NCBI GenBank assembly: GCA_043805855.1
Contig: JAZDHP010000002.1
Location: 1-16,851 of the forward strand
DNA: 16,851 nucleotides
DNA from: Candidatus Micrarchaeota archaeon
GTDB lineage: Archaea > Micrarchaeota > Micrarchaeia > Norongarragalinales > UBA8480
Reading direction: 5' to 3'
Shown: positions 9,006 to 14,345 of the stretch, piece after piece
How the letters are laid out: every line of letters starts with the position of its first letter
How positions within the stretch are numbered: the stretch's first letter is position 1
Position numbers and translations under genes: made by a program
The notes under the pieces: model-generated
What the model was told of the DNA's origin: nothing
The model's database searches: none
What the model saw: the letters and a program-made list of their open reading frames with translations, nothing else

Positions 9006-9760
9006 TATTTTGGTATGGGCTTTACTTCGGGGGGCATTTTGTATTCTCCTTGCGTTTCGCGTATCCATTCTTTTTTTGTTATTTGCTTAATCAAATCAAA
9101 AAATTCGCAATTTTTGTATTTTCGAGATTCACGAAATGCACCAACTAAAAAATCAGATATTTGAAGCGGTTTGAACGTTTTTGAATTTCTTTCAGTTATT
9201 TGTACTTGATTTTCCTGTCCGCCATAATGTACCGTTCCAGTTATAATGTGTTTTGGAAATATTTCATAATATCGCTTATTTCTGCGTTCATACGTTTGAA
9301 ATACGTATTCTTTATCAAAAACTTGTTGGTCTACTACTATTTGCAATTCTTTTGATAGCGCTATTTTTGAATTGTTTTTTGCCCAGGTGGCGATTAGCAT
9401 TTGGGCTTCTATTTTTAGAATTTCTCGGCGCCAACTATTTTCTTTTGGTTTATTGAATATAGAAAAATATGCTTGGCTATTTGTTTTTCCTATTTCGTTT
9501 AATTTACTTTTTAAAAATTCTTTGTATACTGCTAATCCCGTTGCGTTTTCTGCGTTTCTTAGATCAGAATACTTAAATTCTCCTCGAGGTTTTTTGCTAT
9601 CTTTAGGGATTCTATTGTATAATGTTATGATTTCGTTTGGGTCGGTTTCTCTAATTGTGAACAATTGACTTAATTTTTCTATTTCATTATTTGGAATGGC
9701 AACTAGTCCAAGAGCGATCAAATCGTTGGTGTTTCCTGATTCGTCAATACAAAGTAGCAT
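9005..9760 (-). CDS. DUF3800 family protein (predicted RNase H-like fold)
   Basis: N-terminal IDESG, EFKYS, IVVDQ and C-terminal S...LQISDFLVG (QxxD) motifs. Visibly more AT-rich than the flanking housekeeping genes. Starts 7 nt after the mcm stop. Confidence 0.85.
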   Translation of the reverse strand: MLLCIDESGNTNDLIALGLVAIPNNEIEKLSQLFTIRETDPNEIITLYNRIPKDSKKPRGEFKYSDLRNAENATGLAVYKEFLKSKLNEIGKTNSQAYFSIFNKPKENSWRREILKIEAQMLIATWAKNNSKIALSKELQIVVDQQVFDKEYVFQTYERRNKRYYEIFPKHIITGTVHYGGQENQVQITERNSKTFKPLQISDFLVGAFRESRKYKNCEFFDLIKQITKKEWIRETQGEYKMPPEVKPIPK

Positions 9761-9767
9761 TTATTTT

Positions 9768-11861
9768 CTACCAATCTCCTTTTCTTCTCGCGGTTTTAAC
9801 TTGTCCTGGCTTCGGCTCGTACAAATCGCCGTTGCGTTTCAAATCATCTATCATTTTGCGGCATGTTGTCTCGTCTATGTTGACTCCCGAGCATTCTTTT
9901 ACAACGTCGTTGATGTCAACTGTGTCGAATTGCTTTTCAAGCGAGGACAGTATGTTCATTAGCGTGCGTAGCTTGTCGACTTTGCTTTTTGGCTGGCCGA
10001 TGTTCACGATGTCCGAGTCAATTAGTCCAGTTTCCTTGTCAGTGAAAACGTCACGTAGCACAAATTGCACTAGCGCGATGGAGCGTTCAGCGTCGCGTAG
10101 TTCAACTTTTTGCGATAATCTAATCTTGGCACTTGCTTCTGCCAAGCGAATTACTCCTTCCACTTGCCTGGCAGTTACTGGGAACGTGTTGTTTTTCTTT
10201 CCCATTCGCCTTAATTCTAAATAGAAGTCTTTGATTTTGTCAGTTGCTTCGTTTGTTAATTGTGGGAAAACGTTGCGCCTCGCGTAGGCGATGTATTTTC
10301 TAAGTAAGTCGGCTTCGATTGTTGGCAGAATTGAACTGTCTTCTGGTGGTTTTTCTTTAGACGCGCCAATCATGTGCCCGAGCACAATGTGTTCTACGAT
10401 TTTTCTATCCTGTGCTTCGTCGAGAACGTCTTTAATTGCAAATATCAAGTCGAACCTGCTGAGTAGAGTTTGGGGTATGTCGAACTGCGCTGACGGTGGG
10501 GTATTTGGGTCAAATCTACCGAATTTGGGGTTCGCTGCGGCGAGTACAGCTGCTTTGGTTTGAAATGTTGTTAACATTCCCGCCTTTGCAATTGTGATTT
10601 TCTGCTGTTCAAGCGCTTCGTGCAACGCACTGCGGTCTTCGTCGCTCATTTTGTCAAACTCGTCAATCATGACTGTTCCGCCTGAACCAAGCACCATTGC
10701 GCCGGCTTTCAAAATCCAACCGCCTGTCAACTCATCTTTCTCGGCACTTGCAGTTAAACCAACTCCAGAGGTACCTTTTCCACTTACGAATATTCCCTTT
10801 GGCGCTAGGCGCGCTACGTATTGCAATATGGCACTTTTTCCAGCGCCGGGATCTCCAATTAACAAAATGTGCGAGTCGCTTCTAATAGTGTGGCCATCAG
10901 GAAGTTTCTTGTTAGGTGTACCGCCGAACAACTGAAGTGCTACTGCTTCTTTTAATTCGTTATAACCGTAAATACTCGGCGCGATGCTTTTTACAATGTT
11001 TTCAAACACGTCAGGCCTGCCGGCGAGTTCCTTGATTTTGTTTTCCTCTTCTTTTGAAATTTCCAGCTCTTCAAATTCTTGTTGCATTTTCCTAACGTGG
11101 ATAACGTCGAGGAATTTACTGTAAACGCTGCTCTTTCCTTTACCTTCTTTGTTTGGCTTTAAGCGCAATATCCCAGTTATTGTAAGCTTTTCGCCTGGCG
11201 AAACTAAGTTAACTAAATCACTCTCTAGCCACAGGTCAACGTGAGCTGTTGGTGTATTGCCGCGTAGTTTTTCAACTAGCTCTTGTATCCTCGCGCGCTG
11301 GAGGTTAATGAATTCGCTGCGTTCCTCTAGTAAGTTGAAATGATTGCGGCCGCACTTGCATTGTATTGGCGGTTTAATTGCTTCTGTTCTATCTGGCTTT
11401 GTTGTTGTAATTTGCCAACAGTGTACGCATTCCCAAAGCGCAATTTGCATTCGCGGGTAAATGTCAGTAATCCAACTTACTGCGCCTTCGACTTTTATTA
11501 ACTTGTCAAGCTGGTGCGCGCCGAGGTTCTGCACAGCTGCACTGTAAACATCAGGTAAATTAAAAACGCGCAGTTTTGGCTTGTACAACTCCCTTGCTAT
11601 TAGTAACGCGTGGGTGTTCAGCGAGCGCATTGCGTCTTCTGCAATTGGTAAATACTTATCTGGATAAGACACTAGGCCATCTGCTAGTTCCGGGTTGAAG
11701 TTTTGCAGTTCAACAAAATCTAACTCTAGCGCTTGTTGCTTTGGATAAGTTGACGCCAAATCTGCTAGCTGGTCGTTTTTCACAGTTGAGAAAAAGTCTT
11801 CGAACTGGGAGTAAAGTTCCTCTCTATTAATAGAAATTGCCTCTTCCAAAATACGTTGCAC
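9768..11861 (-). CDS. mcm: Replicative helicase MCM (no intein)
   Basis: Zn finger CVHC...CKC, Walker A GDPGAGKS, SGVGLTA, Walker B IDEFDKM, AANPKFGRF, Arg finger SRFD, TARQVE and C-terminal winged helix. The true start may be TTG at 11849, with GGGTG (11863-11859) as RBS. Confidence 0.98.
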   Translation of the reverse strand: MQRILEEAISINREELYSQFEDFFSTVKNDQLADLASTYPKQQALELDFVELQNFNPELADGLVSYPDKYLPIAEDAMRSLNTHALLIARELYKPKLRVFNLPDVYSAAVQNLGAHQLDKLIKVEGAVSWITDIYPRMQIALWECVHCWQITTTKPDRTEAIKPPIQCKCGRNHFNLLEERSEFINLQRARIQELVEKLRGNTPTAHVDLWLESDLVNLVSPGEKLTITGILRLKPNKEGKGKSSVYSKFLDVIHVRKMQQEFEELEISKEEENKIKELAGRPDVFENIVKSIAPSIYGYNELKEAVALQLFGGTPNKKLPDGHTIRSDSHILLIGDPGAGKSAILQYVARLAPKGIFVSGKGTSGVGLTASAEKDELTGGWILKAGAMVLGSGGTVMIDEFDKMSDEDRSALHEALEQQKITIAKAGMLTTFQTKAAVLAAANPKFGRFDPNTPPSAQFDIPQTLLSRFDLIFAIKDVLDEAQDRKIVEHIVLGHMIGASKEKPPEDSSILPTIEADLLRKYIAYARRNVFPQLTNEATDKIKDFYLELRRMGKKNNTFPVTARQVEGVIRLAEASAKIRLSQKVELRDAERSIALVQFVLRDVFTDKETGLIDSDIVNIGQPKSKVDKLRTLMNILSSLEKQFDTVDINDVVKECSGVNIDETTCRKMIDDLKRNGDLYEPKPGQVKTARRKGDW

Positions 11862-11888
11862 CCAACTAATTTTCTTTTCCCACAGTCT

Positions 11889-11945
11889 TCAGCATTTTGC
11901 TTTTTCAGCAAAATGACTGAGTCACAAAGCTTTGCTTTGTGATCA
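11889..11945. repeat. Double-hairpin REP-like element, copy 1 (57 bp)
   Basis: TCAGCAT-TTTGC-tttttca-GCAAA-ATGACTGA-GTCA-CAAAGC-ttt-GCTTTG-TGATCA; same scaffold as 12120-12174. Confidence 0.7.
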
Positions 11946-11987
11946 TTTCTTTTATATTAAAAGAAAAGCTGATTTAAAGCGTTTTTT
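11946..11987 (-). promoter_or_regulatory. Putative mcm promoter (BRE/TATA) with adjacent 9-bp inverted repeat
   Basis: Minus strand AAAAAACGC-TTTAAATC at 11987-11971. Perfect IR TTTCTTTTA-tat-TAAAAGAAA at 11946-11966, between the TATA box and the expected start site. Confidence 0.5.
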
Positions 11988-12037
11988 AAGGATTACTGGA
12001 ACAACGGGGGGTTAAGTTGTTTTCGCAACACGTGCTT

Positions 12038-12263
12038 GCCGGTGAAGTGTTTGATTGCCGTGGGTGGAAGGGCCGCGCAGGGGCCCTTCGCCGGTGAAGT
12101 GTTTGGTTGCAGGGGGTTATGAGCATCGAGCGTAGCTCGATGACTCAGTCATAAGGCTCGAAGCCTTGTGCTGAAAGGGCCGACGCTGGCGGCCCTTTGC
12201 TGGTAAATGTGCTGGTTGCAGGGGGTTAAAGGGCCGACGCTGGCGGCCCTTTGCAGGTGAAGT
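12038..12263. repeat. Tandem ~52-54-bp repeat (3 units plus a partial one), each with a G-run and a GC-rich hairpin
   Basis: Units start at 12038, 12090, 12199 and 12253 (partial). Consensus GCNGGTGAAGTGTTTGGTTGCAGGGGGTT-AAAGGGCCG-acgctgg-CGGCCCTTT. The unit 1 hairpin is GAAGGGCC-gcgcagg-GGCCCTTC. Confidence 0.85.
12120..12174. mobile_element. Double-hairpin REP-like element, copy 2 (55 bp), inserted into tandem unit 2
   Basis: TGAGCAT-CGAGC-gta-GCTCG-ATGACTCA-GTCA-TAAGGC-tcgaa-GCCTTG-TGCTGA. Deleting it restores GGGGGTTAAAGGGCCG, identical to unit 3. Confidence 0.65.
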
Positions 12264-12345
12264 AGCTAATGACTTGAACTTGTTGGTTAAAAAGCTATTA
12301 TTTTTAAACTAGCGTTGATTAGTACTTTTCAAGAGGTTGAACCAA

Positions 12346-14226
12346 TTGAACAAACTAGTATTTTCCCTATTATTGATTTCGCTGTTAGCTCTACCGGCAG
12401 CAGCGGTTAACAGTTGTTTTGAACCAACTGATTTGCCGGCTCTTACTTTTAAGCAAGGTTATGCCCCGCATTTTACAGTTGGAGCAGACGACCGTTTTTA
12501 TGTAGGGGGTATAATTGACGGTTTAACAAATGAAGTTGTATATGTTAACAAAAATAGCGCTGTTTGGGATCGTTTTGTAGTTCCAAACATGGCTATGCCG
12601 TTATCTTTACAAGCGCACCCGGATGCTTCAAAAGCAAGTTGGGTTTTTGCAGGAAGTATTGCGCCGAGTTCAAGCTATGCAGCCTATGCGGCAACTTTTG
12701 ACAGTCAATTATGGGTAATTCAACCAGGAACAAATGGTGTTACATTACAATATTATGCAACGTCTGCGCCACAGCTTAAATCAGTTTTGGTTGTTGATAG
12801 TTTGCACAACAAGCTTTACAATTTCAGTGCAAGTAACCAAGCAGCTGCAACGCATTTAAGCGAAATTGGAACGTTTTCAACAGTAGCAAAACCAAGTTAT
12901 GTAACTGCTTCTGGAAGCAAAGTTTATGCAATGGATAAGTCAACTAAGAAAATTGACGTTGGAGTTTGGGACCCGTCAAGTTCTAAATATGTATTTACTT
13001 TAGCAGGAACTGCAGCTAGCGCAAACGTAATATTGAAACTCTTAGCAGCTTCAAATGGAAAAGTTTACTATGGAAATAGCGCGGGAATTGTTTCCAATGC
13101 TGTAGATGTTGCTGAACCGCCGTTGTTTAGTTTAGACGGCAAGTTTTCTGATTTTCTTGAGTATAATAATTCAATAATTGCAGTTTCTAATGGCAACGCT
13201 GTTGCTAAAGCTGATCGTTTATTTGGAGTTTACAATGGCACTGCTATAAATTACGTTTTGACAAATTCGACTGTTGAACAGCCTGACTTTAGGCCAAGAG
13301 CGCTAGCGGTAAAGCCAATTGAGGGTAAGTTGTATCTTTTAGCGTACACTACTTCGGCGGCGGGAATCGTAAGTTTTACAATTTATAAAGTTAAATCAAC
13401 GTGTCTTGGTTTTACAGTTGCGCCGCCAGTTAACAACGCGCCGGTAATTTCAATGGAAGGGGGCAATGTAACTGCGCCGGTTAATACAATTATAACTTTA
13501 ACTGCAACTGCGTCTGATCCAGATGGCAATTCGCTTAACTACACTTGGGCTAAATTACAAGGTCCAGTTCCTGGCAATTTAACTGAAGGCGGTTTAAATC
13601 AATCATTTGTAAAGTATAACTTCACTAGCATTGGATTTTACACTTTCAACGTGTTTGTAAACGACAGTGGTACGCCTTCTCTAAGTGCAACGCGTAACTT
13701 TACGATTAACATAACTGCTGCAATTCCAACTGCGCCGGCACGCCCTGCTGCTCCAGTTACGCCTGCTGCTGAAGAATGCACTGAAAATAGTGACTGCGCT
13801 GCAAATCAAATGTGTAACTCAGATTCAGAATGTGAAGCGTTAGTTTGTAACGATGACGAAACCATTTCTGACCACGAGTGCATTGCAGAAGATACTGGTA
13901 CGCTTTGCGGTGGGGAAATGTTTGAAGGTGTTGGCATTTGCTGTAGTGGCGTGTGGAAGGCAGATGAAACAACTTGCCCGACAGTGAGAAATAATTCAGT
14001 TGGAACTCGCGCTGGTACAAACAATACTGGTTCTCCTCAAGCGATTTTAGATAACTTTACCAAGAACCCAACGTTGTTCTACGGTGGAATTGCAATAATT
14101 GTAATTCTATTGCTAGTTGTAGTGTACTTCGTTTTCCTAAAGAAGAAGCCGCCTGTAGGCGAAGGCGAGGAAACTGGAGAAAGCGAAGCTGAATCTACAG
14201 AAGAACCGCAAGAACCAACGAGCTAA
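12346..14226 (+). CDS. Secreted, C-terminally membrane-anchored surface glycoprotein (beta-rich N-domain, PKD/Ig-like domain, Cys-rich domain)
   Basis: Signal peptide MNKLVFSLLLISLLALPAAA. TTG 12346 is preferred over 12337 because GAGGT lies at 12333-37. Ig/PKD-like NNAPV...LTATASDPDGNSLNYTW, Pro/Ala linker, 10-Cys module, TM helix GIAIIVILLLVVVYFVFL-KKK, acidic tail and many NxS/T sequons. Confidence 0.85.
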   Translation: MNKLVFSLLLISLLALPAAAVNSCFEPTDLPALTFKQGYAPHFTVGADDRFYVGGIIDGLTNEVVYVNKNSAVWDRFVVPNMAMPLSLQAHPDASKASWVFAGSIAPSSSYAAYAATFDSQLWVIQPGTNGVTLQYYATSAPQLKSVLVVDSLHNKLYNFSASNQAAATHLSEIGTFSTVAKPSYVTASGSKVYAMDKSTKKIDVGVWDPSSSKYVFTLAGTAASANVILKLLAASNGKVYYGNSAGIVSNAVDVAEPPLFSLDGKFSDFLEYNNSIIAVSNGNAVAKADRLFGVYNGTAINYVLTNSTVEQPDFRPRALAVKPIEGKLYLLAYTTSAAGIVSFTIYKVKSTCLGFTVAPPVNNAPVISMEGGNVTAPVNTIITLTATASDPDGNSLNYTWAKLQGPVPGNLTEGGLNQSFVKYNFTSIGFYTFNVFVNDSGTPSLSATRNFTINITAAIPTAPARPAAPVTPAAEECTENSDCAANQMCNSDSECEALVCNDDETISDHECIAEDTGTLCGGEMFEGVGICCSGVWKADETTCPTVRNNSVGTRAGTNNTGSPQAILDNFTKNPTLFYGGIAIIVILLLVVVYFVFLKKKPPVGEGEETGESEAESTEEPQEPTS

Positions 14227-14228
14227 AC

Positions 14229-14316
14229 CTTCTTTTTTTTGTTTTTTTAACTTCTTTTTTTCTTTTTTGTTTTCCTTTTTGATTTTATCTTGTTCCGCTT
14301 GTTTTTTATTCTTTTT
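14229..14316 (+). terminator. Oligo-T tracts, archaeal intrinsic terminator-like
   Basis: Multiple runs of 5-8 T directly after the surface-protein stop codon. Confidence 0.55.
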
Positions 14317-14345
14317 AATCGTAATTATTACTCTGGTAGTTCAAT

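Noticed and set aside
5781..10935. Plus-strand ORFs antisense to rio1, aIF1A, aIF2beta, B3/4, DUF3800 and mcm (e.g. 8963-9148, 9691-10224, 10594-10935)
   Set aside because: Shadow ORFs of conserved minus-strand genes with no family motifs.
9768..11861. Intein in MCM
   Set aside because: MCM is a frequent intein host, but the length (697 aa) and contiguous Walker motifs show none here.
12038..12263. CRISPR array
   Set aside because: Whole units are repeated, including the would-be spacers. There are no unique spacers of constant length and no cas genes in the window.
11990..12270. RNase P RNA, SRP RNA or tRNA in the GC-rich intergenic region
   Set aside because: No GAGGAAAGUCC P4 signature, SRP helix-8 motif or cloverleaf was found on either strand. 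The GC richness is explained by the repeats.
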